A stretch of 64,000 nt of DNA from Elusimicrobiota bacterium. GTDB taxonomy: Bacteria; Elusimicrobiota; Elusimicrobia; UBA1565; UBA9628. The stretch covers positions 193,015 to 257,014 of the forward strand of contig JAGWUP010000002.1 in NCBI GenBank assembly GCA_028868375.1, in the 5' to 3' direction. The notes beneath the pieces are model-generated. The model worked only from the letters and a program-made list of their open reading frames with translations, had not been told where the DNA came from and made no database searches. The position numbers were made by a program, and so were the translations under genes. Position 1 is the stretch's first letter. Every line of letters starts with the position of its first letter. Positions 1 to 10,187 of the stretch are shown here, piece by piece.

Positions 1-984
1 GCCCTCAAGCCCGCGCTCAAGCCGGCTACCCTCTACGTCGGCGGGGGCACGCCCTCCGAGCTCTCCGCCGAGCAGATCGAAAGCCTCTATGAGCGTCTGG
101 CGCGCGTGGCCGCGGCGCGCGATTTAATCGAGAGCACCTTCGAGGCCAGCCCGGAATCCCTCACGCGCGAGAAGCTTGAGGCGCTGCGCCGCCGCGGGGC
201 GACGCGCCTAAGCCTCGGCCTGCAGACCGCCGACGAAGGATTGCTGCGCGCCGTCGGCCGCCGGCACGGCCTGCGCCGCTTCGTGGAGGCCTACCGCGCC
301 GCCCGGGCGCTGGGCGGCTTGGCGATCTCCGTGGACCTGATGTACAACCTGCCCGGCCAGTCCGTGCGCTCCTGCCTGGACAGCCTCGACTTCGTTCTGG
401 CCCTGGAGCCGGACCATCTGTCCCTCTACGGCCTGCAGGTCGAGGACCGGACCCTGTTCGGCAGGCGCGCCGTCGTCGCCGACGAGGACGCCGGCCGCGA
501 GATGTTCGAGCGCAGCCTCGAGCGCCTGGCGGCCGCCGGCTTCGAGCATTACGAGATCTCGAATTTCGCCCGGCCGGGCCGCCAATCGCTGCACAACCGC
601 ATCTACTGGGAGGGCGGAGACTACCTGGGCCTGGGCTGCGGCGCCGCGAGCTTCTTGGGCGGCTGGCGCGGCGCCAACCGCGACCGCCTGATGGACTACC
701 TAAAGGAGGTCGAGGCCGGCCGCGACCCGGTCGCCGAAAGGGAGCGCTTGGCCGGCAAGGAGAAGCTCGGCGAGGCCTTCTTGCTCGGCTTGAGGCTCGT
801 CGGCGGCTTTAGGCCGACCGGCGAGATGAGGGCGGCCTTCGCCCCCGAGCTGGACAGCCTGCGGCGGCAGGGCTTGATCGCCGACGCCGAGGACGCCGTC
901 GCGCTGACGCGAGAGGGGGTCTTTTTAGGCAACAGGGTTTTTCGCGAGTTCGTGCCGCCGTTCGCCTCAGCGGGAGCGCCATAA
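1..984 (+). CDS. hemW: Radical SAM heme chaperone HemW / HemN-like coproporphyrinogen III oxidase family, 5'-truncated at the window edge
   Basis: The reading frame is open from base 1 (ALKPALKPATLYVGGGTPSEL...). The YVGGGTP motif and the C-terminal HemN_C-like region (NRIYWEGGDYLGLGCGAASF) are typical of HemW/HemN. The annotated ORF 106..984 is the in-frame continuation. Confidence 0.8.
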   Translation, partial: ALKPALKPATLYVGGGTPSELSAEQIESLYERLARVAAARDLIESTFEASPESLTREKLEALRRRGATRLSLGLQTADEGLLRAVGRRHGLRRFVEAYRAARALGGLAISVDLMYNLPGQSVRSCLDSLDFVLALEPDHLSLYGLQVEDRTLFGRRAVVADEDAGREMFERSLERLAAAGFEHYEISNFARPGRQSLHNRIYWEGGDYLGLGCGAASFLGGWRGANRDRLMDYLKEVEAGRDPVAERERLAGKEKLGEAFLLGLRLVGGFRPTGEMRAAFAPELDSLRRQGLIADAEDAVALTREGVFLGNRVFREFVPPFASAGAP

Positions 985-2294
985 TGAAAACCTTCGTCCT
1001 CGACACCAACGTCCTTCTCCACGATCCTTTGGCGCCCTTCTCCTTCCACGGCTCGCAGGTCGTGCTGCCCCTGACCGTCATCGAGGAGCTGGACACCTTC
1101 AAGCGCAACAACGACGAGCGCGGCCGCTCGGCCCGCCTGGTGGCGCGCAGGTTGGACGAGCTGCGCAAGAACAAGGGCAAGCTGTCGAACTGGGTGGAGC
1201 TAGAGCACGGCGGCAAGCTCAAGGTGGAGATCATGGTCTCCGACGGCCTGCCCAAGGCCTTCTCGGCACAGAGCAAGGACAACGAGATCTTAAGCTGCGC
1301 CCGCTACCTCAAGAGCCACGAGGAGCACGTCGTCTTCATCTCCAAGGACATCAACCTGCGCATCAAGGCCGAGGCGCTGGGCTTGGAGACGCAGGACTAC
1401 GAGAAGGCGAAGGTCGACGTCGAGGAGCTCTACCGCGGCTGGCGCGAGCTGCCGGCGGCCTCCGGCGAGATCGACCGCTTCTTCAAGGAGAAGCGCCTGG
1501 CCGTTCCCGCCCAGGAGCGGCCTCTCATCCCCAACGAGTTCGTCGTGCTCAAGAGCCCGAACGGCTCGCAGAGCGCCTTGACCCGCTTCGACGCGAAGGC
1601 CGGGGCCCTCTTGCCCCTGTCGAAATCCGACTCCGCTCCGTGGGGGATCAAGCCCTTGAACGTCGAGCAGAAGCTGGCGCTGGAGCTTCTTCTTAACAAG
1701 GACATCCAGCTGGTCACCATGGTCGGCGTGGCCGGCTCCGGCAAGACGCTGATGGCGCTGGCCACGGCGCTGCACCAGACGCTGGAGGAGAAGCACTACC
1801 GGCGCATCCTGGTCGGCCGCCCGGTCGTCGCCGTCGGCCACGATCTGGGATTTCTGCCCGGCACGAAGGAGGAGAAGCTGACCAACTGGATGGGGGCGAT
1901 CTACGACAACCTCTCCTACCTGCTGGAGCGCCCGAAGGGCTCTCTTGAGACCAGCGACATGGACATCCAGATGCTCATCGAGGAGGGCACGATCGAGATC
2001 GAGGCGGTGACCTACCTGCGCGGCCGCAGCCTGCCCAACCTGCTGATCATCATCGACGACGCGCAGAACCTGACGCCGCACGAGATCAAGACGATCATCT
2101 CCAGAGCCGGCATGGGGGCCAAGATCGTTTTGACCGGCGACCCCTACCAGATCGACAACTACTATCTCGACGCCTCCTCCAACGGCCTGACCTACCTGGT
2201 CGAGCGCTTCAAGGGCCAGGCCCTGTTCGGCCACCTGACCTTCACCAAGAGCGAGCGCAGCCCCCTGGCGGCGCTGGCCTCCGACCTCTTGTAG
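984..2294 (+). CDS. PhoH-like ATPase with N-terminal PIN domain (PhoH2/YlaK family)
   Basis: The N-terminus reads FVLDTNVLLHDP (PIN-like). A Walker A motif MVGVAGSGKT lies at mid-protein and a PhoH-type C-terminal region follows (GDPYQID). The ATG overlaps the hemW stop (ATAATG). Confidence 0.8.
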   Translation: MKTFVLDTNVLLHDPLAPFSFHGSQVVLPLTVIEELDTFKRNNDERGRSARLVARRLDELRKNKGKLSNWVELEHGGKLKVEIMVSDGLPKAFSAQSKDNEILSCARYLKSHEEHVVFISKDINLRIKAEALGLETQDYEKAKVDVEELYRGWRELPAASGEIDRFFKEKRLAVPAQERPLIPNEFVVLKSPNGSQSALTRFDAKAGALLPLSKSDSAPWGIKPLNVEQKLALELLLNKDIQLVTMVGVAGSGKTLMALATALHQTLEEKHYRRILVGRPVVAVGHDLGFLPGTKEEKLTNWMGAIYDNLSYLLERPKGSLETSDMDIQMLIEEGTIEIEAVTYLRGRSLPNLLIIIDDAQNLTPHEIKTIISRAGMGAKIVLTGDPYQIDNYYLDASSNGLTYLVERFKGQALFGHLTFTKSERSPLAALASDLL

Positions 2295-2296
2295 CG

Positions 2297-4978
2297 ATGG
2301 AGGCCAAGCTGGCGCTGGAGAAGGCCTACGACCCCAAGCCGGTCGAGGCCAAGTGGCTTGAGCGCTGGGGGAAGGCCGCGGCCGGCGCCTCGCGGCCCGT
2401 CGGGGAGCGCTCCAAGCGCTTCGCGCTGGTGCTGCCGCCGCCCAACGTCACCGGGGCGCTTCATCTGGGCCACGCCCTCAACGACACCCTGCAGGACGTG
2501 CTGGTCCGCTGGCGTCGGATGCGGGGGGAGGAGGCCTGCTGGGTGCCCGGCACGGACCACGGCGGCATCGCCACCCAGAACGTGATGGAGAAGCAGTTGA
2601 AGGCCGAGGGCATGACCCGCCGCCAGATGGGACGCGAGGCCTTCCTGGAGCGGACGCGGGGCTGGGCCGGAGACTGCAAGGCGACCATCCTCGGGCAGCT
2701 GCGCCGGCTGGGCTGCGCCCTCGACTGGGAGCGCGAGGCCTTCACGATGGACGAGCCGCGGGCACGGGCGGTTTTTGCGGCGTTCAAGGCGCTTTGGGAG
2801 GACGGCTTGATCTACCGCGGCGAGCGGATGGTCAACTGGTGCGTGCGCTGCGGCACGGCCCTCTCCGACATAGAGGTCGAGCACGAGCCGCGGCGCGGCT
2901 GCCTTTGGCATATCCGCTACGGCACCCTGGTCGTGGCGACGACCCGCCCGGAGACCCTGCTCGGCGACACGGCGGTGGCGGTCTCCCCCGAGGATTCCCG
3001 CTACGCGGCGCTGGTCGGCCGCCGGGTGCCGCTGCCGCTGACGGGGCGCGAGATCCCCGTGATCGCCGATGCGCACGTCGACGCCTCCTTCGGCAGCGGC
3101 GCGGTGAAGGTCACGCCGGCCCACGATCCCAACGACTTCGAGATCTGGCGGCGCCATCCCGAGATCGGCGCGCCCCTCCAGGTGATCGGCCCCGACGGCC
3201 GGATCGCCGCGGCCGGCGGCGCCTACGCCGGCTTGTCGCGCGAGAAGGCCCGCGAGAAGATCGTCGCGGACCTTGAGGCCCAGGGCCTGCTGGTCAAGAC
3301 GGAGGACTACCAGAACGCGGTCGGCGTCTGCTACCGCTGCGCCCAGGTCATCGAGCCGCTGCTCTCCTGGCAGTGGTTCGTGCGCATGGGAGAGTTGGCC
3401 GCCCCGGCCCTTGAGGCCGTCGAGAGCGGGCGCTTCGCGCTCCATCCCTCCTCCTGGGCCAAGCCGTACGCCGAGTGGCTCCGGAACATCCGCGACTGGT
3501 GCGTCTCGCGCCAGATCTGGTGGGGCCACCGCATTCCCGTCTGGTACTGCGCGGCCTGCAACAAGATCACTCCGCAGACGGACTTCGGCCAACTGGCCGA
3601 CGCCAAGGTCGTCGTCGCTCAGTCGCGGCCGGCCTCCTGCCAAAGCTGCGGCGGGGCCGACTTCGTCCAGGACCCCGACGTGCTCGACACCTGGTTTTCC
3701 TCCGCCCTCTGGCCGATGTCGGTGTTCGGCTGGCCGCAGAAGACCGCCGAGCTGGCCTTCTACTACCCGACCCAGGTCCTGGTCACCGGCTACGAGATCC
3801 TCTATCTGTGGGTGGCGCGCATGCAGATGATGGGGCTGCGCTTCATGGGCGAGGCGCCCTTCAAGGACGCGGTGATCCACGGCATCGTTCGCGACAAAAG
3901 CGGCAAGAAGATGTCCAAGTCGCTGGGCAACGTCGTCGATCCCCTGGCGATGATGGACAAGTACGGCACCGACGCCCTGCGCTTCTCGCTGATGGCCCAG
4001 GCGCACCCCGGCCGCGACATCCCATTTTCCGAGGACTCGATCACCGGCTCGCGCAATTTCGTCAACAAGCTGTGGAACTCGACCCGCTTCGTGCTGATGA
4101 ACCTGCCGGAGTCGGTCGAGCGGCCCTACGTCCTGGAAGACCTCGACGCCTCCCGCCTGGAGCTGGCCGACCGCTGGATCCTGTCCGAGCAGCAACGCGC
4201 CAGCCAAGCCGCCGGCGAGGCCCTCGAGCGCTACGACGTCGCCGCCGCGGCCGACGCCCTCTACGGCTTTCTCTGGGACGAATTCTGCGACTGGTACGTG
4301 GAGCTGGCCAAGATCCGCCTGCAGGGCGCCGACGGCCCCGACAAGGAGGCCGCGCGGACGATCCTCGTGAGCGTGCTCTCCCGGACCTTGAAGCTCCTGC
4401 ATCCCTTCATGCCCTACGTCACCGAGGAGCTCTTCGCGGCGCTCAAGCCCTACTCCGGGGAAAGCGCCGAACTGCTCCTGCGCTCGCTCGCCCCGCGGCC
4501 GGATACCGCGCGCCGCGATCCCGAGGCCCGCGCGGCGATGGGGCGCTTGATGGAGGCGGTGACGGCGCTCCGCTCCCTGCGCGCCCAGCTCAACGTCCCG
4601 CCGGGGCTGCGCCTGCGCGTCGTCGCCTCCTCCCTGGAGGGCTTGCCCCAGCCGCAGCGAGAGTATCTGCGCGCGCTGGCCCGCGTCGACAGCCTGGAGG
4701 AGGGGCCGCGGCCCGACAAGAGCGCCACCGCGGTCGCCGCCGCCGCCAGCTTCTTCGTGCCGCTGGAGGGCGTCATCGACTTCGCCCAAGAGGCCGCGCG
4801 ATTGCGCCGGGAGCTGGAGAAGGCGCGCCTGGAGCTGGCGAAGATCGCCCAGAAAGTCGACAACCCCGGCTTTCGCGCGCGCGCTCCGCGCTCCGAGGTG
4901 GAGCTGGCCCTCTCCCAGCGCTCCGCCGCCGACGAGCGCGTCGAGCGCCTCAGCCGGACCCTGGCGCTGTTGAGCTGA
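2297..4978 (+). CDS. valS: Valine--tRNA ligase
   Basis: Class I aaRS HIGH motif (PNVTGALHLGHAL), KMSKS motif (KMSKSLGNVVDP), an editing domain and a C-terminal coiled coil. Length of 893 aa is typical for ValS. Confidence 0.95.
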   Translation: MEAKLALEKAYDPKPVEAKWLERWGKAAAGASRPVGERSKRFALVLPPPNVTGALHLGHALNDTLQDVLVRWRRMRGEEACWVPGTDHGGIATQNVMEKQLKAEGMTRRQMGREAFLERTRGWAGDCKATILGQLRRLGCALDWEREAFTMDEPRARAVFAAFKALWEDGLIYRGERMVNWCVRCGTALSDIEVEHEPRRGCLWHIRYGTLVVATTRPETLLGDTAVAVSPEDSRYAALVGRRVPLPLTGREIPVIADAHVDASFGSGAVKVTPAHDPNDFEIWRRHPEIGAPLQVIGPDGRIAAAGGAYAGLSREKAREKIVADLEAQGLLVKTEDYQNAVGVCYRCAQVIEPLLSWQWFVRMGELAAPALEAVESGRFALHPSSWAKPYAEWLRNIRDWCVSRQIWWGHRIPVWYCAACNKITPQTDFGQLADAKVVVAQSRPASCQSCGGADFVQDPDVLDTWFSSALWPMSVFGWPQKTAELAFYYPTQVLVTGYEILYLWVARMQMMGLRFMGEAPFKDAVIHGIVRDKSGKKMSKSLGNVVDPLAMMDKYGTDALRFSLMAQAHPGRDIPFSEDSITGSRNFVNKLWNSTRFVLMNLPESVERPYVLEDLDASRLELADRWILSEQQRASQAAGEALERYDVAAAADALYGFLWDEFCDWYVELAKIRLQGADGPDKEAARTILVSVLSRTLKLLHPFMPYVTEELFAALKPYSGESAELLLRSLAPRPDTARRDPEARAAMGRLMEAVTALRSLRAQLNVPPGLRLRVVASSLEGLPQPQREYLRALARVDSLEEGPRPDKSATAVAAAASFFVPLEGVIDFAQEAARLRRELEKARLELAKIAQKVDNPGFRARAPRSEVELALSQRSAADERVERLSRTLALLS

Positions 4979-4998
4979 CCCCCGAGCCCAGGCGACCC
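4930..4998. repeat. Direct repeat copy 1: last ~69 bp of valS including the stop codon
   Basis: The sequence gacgagcgcgtcgagcgcctcagccggaccctggcgctgttgagctgacccccgagcccaggcgaccc recurs at 10188..10256 with 2 mismatches. Confidence 0.9.
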
Positions 4999-5081
4999 AT
5001 GGAATCGTAGGCCTTTTAGGCCATGCGCCTCTAGGTCCAATCCCCCTGGAGCCCGCCATCGGCGCCAACTACCCTTGAGGG

Positions 5082-8000
5082 ATGAAGGTTTCCCCGCGCA
5101 GGGGGCTGTGCGAAAGGGCATTGGCGTTGTTTCTCTGCCTGGCGCTGGCCTATGGCAGCTGGCCTTCCGGGGCCATCGCCGCGGTGGCTTTGCGGCAAGC
5201 GCCGCCAGTGGCGGGGCCCGAGCTCCCCTTCCTTGAGTTGTCCAGCCAGTTGGCGCGCATCGACGTCATCGCCGCGCAGCCGGCGCCGGGGACGCTGATC
5301 TCCTATCTGACCGACGCGATGCAAGCCTCCAGTCCCGCGCAGGCCGCCACGGCGCGCTTGATTTTCCAGGCCCTGAAACGGCCGGACCGAGTCCTGCCGC
5401 GCTTGCGCCGATCGGCGCTGTCCTCCGTCCAACCCCGGCAGGCCATTGCCGAGGTCGAGCGCCTCCAGGAGCTCGTGGAGTCCTATTACGGGAATAAGCG
5501 CGACAAGAGGGCGCTCGCGCAAGCGCTCTTTGCGGCGTCGCGCAAGCTGCGCGAGGCCGGCTTCGTGTTCGACAACCAGGCGCGCGCCGAGGCCGACAGC
5601 CCGGTCGCCGCTGTCGGTGGAGAGACCGCAGAACCCGGAGCGGCGCTCGAGCATCTTCAGCGCTACTATGCCGAGGCGCAGCGCGAGGAGACTCGTGCGC
5701 GGGCCGATCCGCCGTCTCGCACCCCTGTCGATGTCAGGATCGGAGGATTCGAGCCGAAAAATTTCACGAACAATAAAATCCCCATACTCCTAAAAGCGAT
5801 CGCGCAGGTGTATTTCGATATCCGGCACCTTTTTACCCTGGTCCTCGCCCTAGGCCACTACCGCGCGTTTTCGGGCATGACACAAGGCGTGATGACGCGC
5901 CTTTTCATCGACGGCGACAACTCGAAATACGTGCTTGGCTTTGAGCCCAGCCCGACGCCGAACGCCTGGGTCATTCCAGATCAGACCGTCGAAAGGACTC
6001 CCATCGGGGTCCACCTGGGCTTGCTGCCTTTCCTAGGCAACGAGGATGAGTATGCCGGCGTGCTGGCCCACGAGCTTACGCACCGCAACAAGCAACAAGG
6101 CAAGGCGCTCGCGGATGACCCCCGGATCGCGCGCGTTCTGGAATCCGTGGAGGGTTACGGCGATTTGGCCCCGAAGCAGCGCGAGGAGCTTCGCGCCGAC
6201 CTCGGCGGCGTCGACCGGCTGATCCGCGCGGGCTATAACCCCTGGGCGATGTACGACCGGGAGAAGCGCGTGGGCCGCTTCTTCTCGAAGTCGATGGATC
6301 TTTGGTTGACGCGCCAGATATTCAAGATATTCCATGGGCGGACCTTCGACTATATCGAGGCCCACCCGGCCAGCGAGATCCGCATGGCCGCGATCAAGGC
6401 GTATATCTTGGACCGGGGATTCCGCGAGGATCTCTCCGACGCCACCAAGCGCTACCAGCCGCTCTCTCCCGGTATTGTCTTGCTGCGCGAACGCATCCGC
6501 CTCCTCGCCTTTCCCTTCGTCTCGCCCTGGGTTTCCTACGGCATCATCGCCTATTGCGGGCTCATCGGCGCCCAGGGCATCCTGGGCTTGTTTCATCTTG
6601 CGGCGGCGAGCGCCATGGTTTCAAGGGCGCTCGGCGAGCTGGCCGGAGCTGTCCATGCGCTCTCGGGATCGGCACACCACTTTTTAGCGCCGGTTTCGGC
6701 TCTCATCAAAGCCGTGCTCTTTAAGACGCAGACGGTTATACGGGGGTTTACTTCTCATGTAATTTATCACGTGAGTCGTCAGGCGGGTCACTTTATAAGC
6801 CACGTCGTGTCGGATGTAATCGTATCGATGATGGGGATTGTCGTCGTTGCAGGTATCCCCTGCCTGCTCATTACCGTAAACTACCAAGAAGCCAAGGAAC
6901 ACGGCCTTTTGTACTTGCGATTCATGACCAGGCGGCTGACGAAGAGGGTCGAGCGTGGGGAAAAACGGGGGACGATCGAGCCGGAGAAGATTGCCCGCCT
7001 GCTCGCGATCAACACCACCCTTCTAAAGAAGATACCGGAGGCTTACAGACGGAGCGATTGGATGGTACGCCTTATAGGCGGCTTGAATGCCACGCGCCGT
7101 CGCGCCCTGCGCGCGCAGCAGGCCCTTCTCGAGCTTGCCGCGGCAAGGGTGTCGGAGCTGCCGGAGGATCAGCGGCCAAAGGCCCTGGCCAAATTCGAGG
7201 CGATCCTGGAGCGCATGCCCGCCTATGCGTACGCCGCAGGGGGAATCGCCTCCGCGACGGAGGGATTGCTCTCGGCCGGCGGGGAAGCTCGGGTTGACGA
7301 GGAAGCCACGGGCAGCGCGCAGCGCAGGCTGCGGCTGCTGCGACGCGTCCGCTCCTACGGCAGAGACGCCGATGCGGGCGCTGTCTTTAAGAGCGCCCAG
7401 GACCTGGCCCAAGAAGGCCTCTACGACCTGGCCAGGCGCCTGCTCAACGCCCACCGGACGCGCCTGCTGGCGCATATCTTCTCTCCCGCCGGCGATGACC
7501 CGGAGGGAGGCAGAGCCTTCGCGAAGCTGCACGAGGATGTCGCGTCGAGGACGGACTCGCACTTCGTTCATAAACGGCCGTTTTGGCCGAGGCTGTGGCG
7601 CAATTTCCCGTATTTGCGGGCGCGGATCAATCTCGCGGCGACCCCGATCGGCGGACGATTGTGGCTGGCCTCGCTTTCTCCCGAGGTCGCGCGCGCGGCG
7701 CCCGCGGCGTTTTCCGTCCTGTCTCCGGGAGCATGGCTGCAGCGTTTCGATCGTTGGGCGCTGCGGCGCTATCTCTCAAAACGGATCTCGTCGATCCGGC
7801 AGCTTTCCGAGTTCGTCGACGGCCTTAAGCGCGACAACATCCTGGTGGACAATCTCTCCACGGAGATCCAGGCTGTCATCGTGCGGCATCCGGAGTGGAT
7901 CGAGTCCGACGCTGACTTGAGCTATCTTATCGCCGACGAGGCGTTCTGGCCCAAATTCGGCGCCACGACGCCCGGGCCCCTCGAGGCGATGCTCGTCGCC

Positions 8001-10187
8001 TCCGTGAAGTCCTACGCCCAGCGCTTCCCGGACATCTGGAAATTCGATCCGGGTTCCTCAGAGAAGCTGCAGTCCTATTATCTCGCCGGGCTAAGGAAGC
8101 TGGGAGAATACCCCGGAACATGGGAGGGCCGCCGCCGGCTCTGGCGCCTGCTGGTCACGCGCGGCGTCACGAGCGCGACGGACGCCCTTTTTAGCGAGCT
8201 CTACCGGGAGGCTCCCGCGGGAAAGATTGGCGAGCTGGAGGAAGAAGCGCTGGGCGGGAGAATCTGGGAGCAGGGGCTTAAGGCCGGCATCGTCGAAAAC
8301 AGGATCAAGGCGACGCGGGACTACCGGCGGCTTCTGCTCTCTCGCTCTCCGACGGAGCGCGAGGCCTTGCTGCGCAAGCTCCTGGCCGCCGTGCAGGCGG
8401 AGTTTCCCGAACGCAGCGTCCAATACGTCGAGCTCTTGGAGCGGATGTCCCGAGAGATCGATTCCAGCCAGCAGGAGAGCCGCCTGATTCACGAGGCCAA
8501 GACGATCCGCAGCGGCGAGCGCTCCGAGGACTTCGGCCTGCGCGTCTTTTCCGAGCTCATCACGGAGGCCGTCGGTTGGAAGCGGCGCGAGCAGTGGGAC
8601 CTCGTGCTCTTCCTGCGCGGCGACATCCCGGCCACGCGCAAGATCCAGCGGGCCTTCCGCTCGATCGGTCCCGAGCGCGTGCGGCGCCTCTACGAGGTGA
8701 CGCCCGTGCTGGCGCGCGCCGGCATTCTGGATTCCTTCCTCGATTCTCCCAAGGGATTGTTGGCTAGCCTCGACATCGATCGCGGCTACGCCAAGGTGAT
8801 CATCGACCACGTCCTTCCCGGCGGCGATCCGGCCGCTCGCGAGGTGGCGCACCAGATTCTAGAGGGATTCCTCTACTCGCTTAAAAAAACCGGCAACGGC
8901 GCCCTCCAAAGCTACGTCCTGTCGTATCTCTTGGCCCTGCCGCCGGAAGGCTCCGCCTCGGTGGGCAAGGTCCTCAAAGGCGTGCTGGAGATCTTCGGGA
9001 CCACGGGCGTCAAGATCGGCCAGTTCCTGGCGGCATCGCAGCTTCTGCCGGAATCGGAGACCGCGGAGCTGCGCCAGCTGCAGGAGCACGCCAACGAGCC
9101 CGAGCGAGAGGAGGTGTACTCCGATTTGCGCGCGATCACGGGCAGGCCGCTTCCCTTCGCCCTCAAGGAGATCCTCGGCGCGGCATCGATCAAGTATGCC
9201 GTGCGCGGAGTCGAGACCGGCACGCAGCAGGAGTTGGCGCTCAAGGTCTTCCGATTGGAGGCCGTGGCGCATACCAGAGCGGAGTTCGAGCAGCTCGACG
9301 CGATGGCGCGCTACCTGCGTCGCCGCTTCGGCGCCCGTTACGGCGTGTTCATGGCCATCGTCAAGGCCGCGCGCAAAGCGGTGGAGAGGGAGCTCTCCGC
9401 CGAAGGCGAGATCGCCAACGGACGCCAGGCCGCGGAGACGGTTTACAGCGGCGCTTCGGACAAGGCGGTGGACGTCGCGGTTCCGCGAGAAGCGCTGCTT
9501 CATTCGCGCCTCATCGCCAGCGAATTCGCCCAGGGAACGTCCTTCTTCGACCTTGATCCCGCCTTGAGGCCGCTGGCCGCGGCGAAGATACTGTCCATGG
9601 AAGGAAACAATTTGTTCGGGGATGCTCCAGAGATCCACCTCGATCCGGACCGGCACGCCGGCAACTACCGCATCCAGGTCGTCGAGGAGCCGGCCGGGCC
9701 GAGGCTGCGGATTCGGCCCATCGACCACGGCCAGGGCCTCGCGCTGACGCGCGCCCGGCGCGAGCAGATATTCGAGCTCTTCGCCCTGGCGCAGATTCTC
9801 GCCCGCACCGGCTCGACGCGCTGGGGCGTGGACCGAATCTCTTCCGTCCTGGGGCTTGGGGAGGCGGCCAAGCGGCGGCTTGGCGGAAGCCTCGACGATT
9901 TTTTCACGGGAGAGGAACTGCGCCCGGTGGCGGCTTACTATTCGCTTCTCGCGGTTCTTGAGGAGTCCGGGCACGAGATGGACATCGTCTATTTCGATTT
10001 CGTGCGCGGCATCATCCAGCTCGGCCAATACGAACCCTTTGCCCCGCCTGGAACGCCGCTTCCCAGCGCGCGCCTCGAGGCGGAGACCCTCCGCCGCACC
10101 AAGAGGCTGGAGGCGTCCCTGCGGCTCTCGTGGCCGGAGAAAGCCCGTATTCTCGCCCGGCGGATTAGCGCCAGAAGCAACTGGTAG
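5082..10187 (+). CDS. Giant (1701 aa) secreted/membrane multidomain protein with an M48/M56-like Zn-metalloprotease module, a TM block and a C-terminal ABC1/UbiB-type atypical kinase-like domain
   Basis: Signal-peptide-like N-terminus (LALFLCLALAYGSWPSGAIAA). HExxH motif at HELTHRNKQ (nt ~6070) followed ~36 aa later by REELRADLGG...AGYNP (M48-type third ligand/ExxAD motif). Hydrophobic TM segments at ~6480-6900 (IVSMMGIVVVAGIPCLLITV). UbiB/ABC1 motifs at nt ~9000-9740: VKIGQFLAASQLLPE...LRQLQE, AASIKYAVRG...ALKVFR, HLDPDRHAGNYRI and IDHGQ. Confidence 0.6.
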   Translation: MKVSPRRGLCERALALFLCLALAYGSWPSGAIAAVALRQAPPVAGPELPFLELSSQLARIDVIAAQPAPGTLISYLTDAMQASSPAQAATARLIFQALKRPDRVLPRLRRSALSSVQPRQAIAEVERLQELVESYYGNKRDKRALAQALFAASRKLREAGFVFDNQARAEADSPVAAVGGETAEPGAALEHLQRYYAEAQREETRARADPPSRTPVDVRIGGFEPKNFTNNKIPILLKAIAQVYFDIRHLFTLVLALGHYRAFSGMTQGVMTRLFIDGDNSKYVLGFEPSPTPNAWVIPDQTVERTPIGVHLGLLPFLGNEDEYAGVLAHELTHRNKQQGKALADDPRIARVLESVEGYGDLAPKQREELRADLGGVDRLIRAGYNPWAMYDREKRVGRFFSKSMDLWLTRQIFKIFHGRTFDYIEAHPASEIRMAAIKAYILDRGFREDLSDATKRYQPLSPGIVLLRERIRLLAFPFVSPWVSYGIIAYCGLIGAQGILGLFHLAAASAMVSRALGELAGAVHALSGSAHHFLAPVSALIKAVLFKTQTVIRGFTSHVIYHVSRQAGHFISHVVSDVIVSMMGIVVVAGIPCLLITVNYQEAKEHGLLYLRFMTRRLTKRVERGEKRGTIEPEKIARLLAINTTLLKKIPEAYRRSDWMVRLIGGLNATRRRALRAQQALLELAAARVSELPEDQRPKALAKFEAILERMPAYAYAAGGIASATEGLLSAGGEARVDEEATGSAQRRLRLLRRVRSYGRDADAGAVFKSAQDLAQEGLYDLARRLLNAHRTRLLAHIFSPAGDDPEGGRAFAKLHEDVASRTDSHFVHKRPFWPRLWRNFPYLRARINLAATPIGGRLWLASLSPEVARAAPAAFSVLSPGAWLQRFDRWALRRYLSKRISSIRQLSEFVDGLKRDNILVDNLSTEIQAVIVRHPEWIESDADLSYLIADEAFWPKFGATTPGPLEAMLVASVKSYAQRFPDIWKFDPGSSEKLQSYYLAGLRKLGEYPGTWEGRRRLWRLLVTRGVTSATDALFSELYREAPAGKIGELEEEALGGRIWEQGLKAGIVENRIKATRDYRRLLLSRSPTEREALLRKLLAAVQAEFPERSVQYVELLERMSREIDSSQQESRLIHEAKTIRSGERSEDFGLRVFSELITEAVGWKRREQWDLVLFLRGDIPATRKIQRAFRSIGPERVRRLYEVTPVLARAGILDSFLDSPKGLLASLDIDRGYAKVIIDHVLPGGDPAAREVAHQILEGFLYSLKKTGNGALQSYVLSYLLALPPEGSASVGKVLKGVLEIFGTTGVKIGQFLAASQLLPESETAELRQLQEHANEPEREEVYSDLRAITGRPLPFALKEILGAASIKYAVRGVETGTQQELALKVFRLEAVAHTRAEFEQLDAMARYLRRRFGARYGVFMAIVKAARKAVERELSAEGEIANGRQAAETVYSGASDKAVDVAVPREALLHSRLIASEFAQGTSFFDLDPALRPLAAAKILSMEGNNLFGDAPEIHLDPDRHAGNYRIQVVEEPAGPRLRIRPIDHGQGLALTRARREQIFELFALAQILARTGSTRWGVDRISSVLGLGEAAKRRLGGSLDDFFTGEELRPVAAYYSLLAVLEESGHEMDIVYFDFVRGIIQLGQYEPFAPPGTPLPSARLEAETLRRTKRLEASLRLSWPEKARILARRISARSNW

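Noticed and set aside
2192-5068. 958-aa ORF on the minus strand
   Set aside because: Entirely antisense to valS. It is a low-complexity Ala/Gly/Arg-rich translation typical of spurious ORFs in high-GC DNA, with no motifs.
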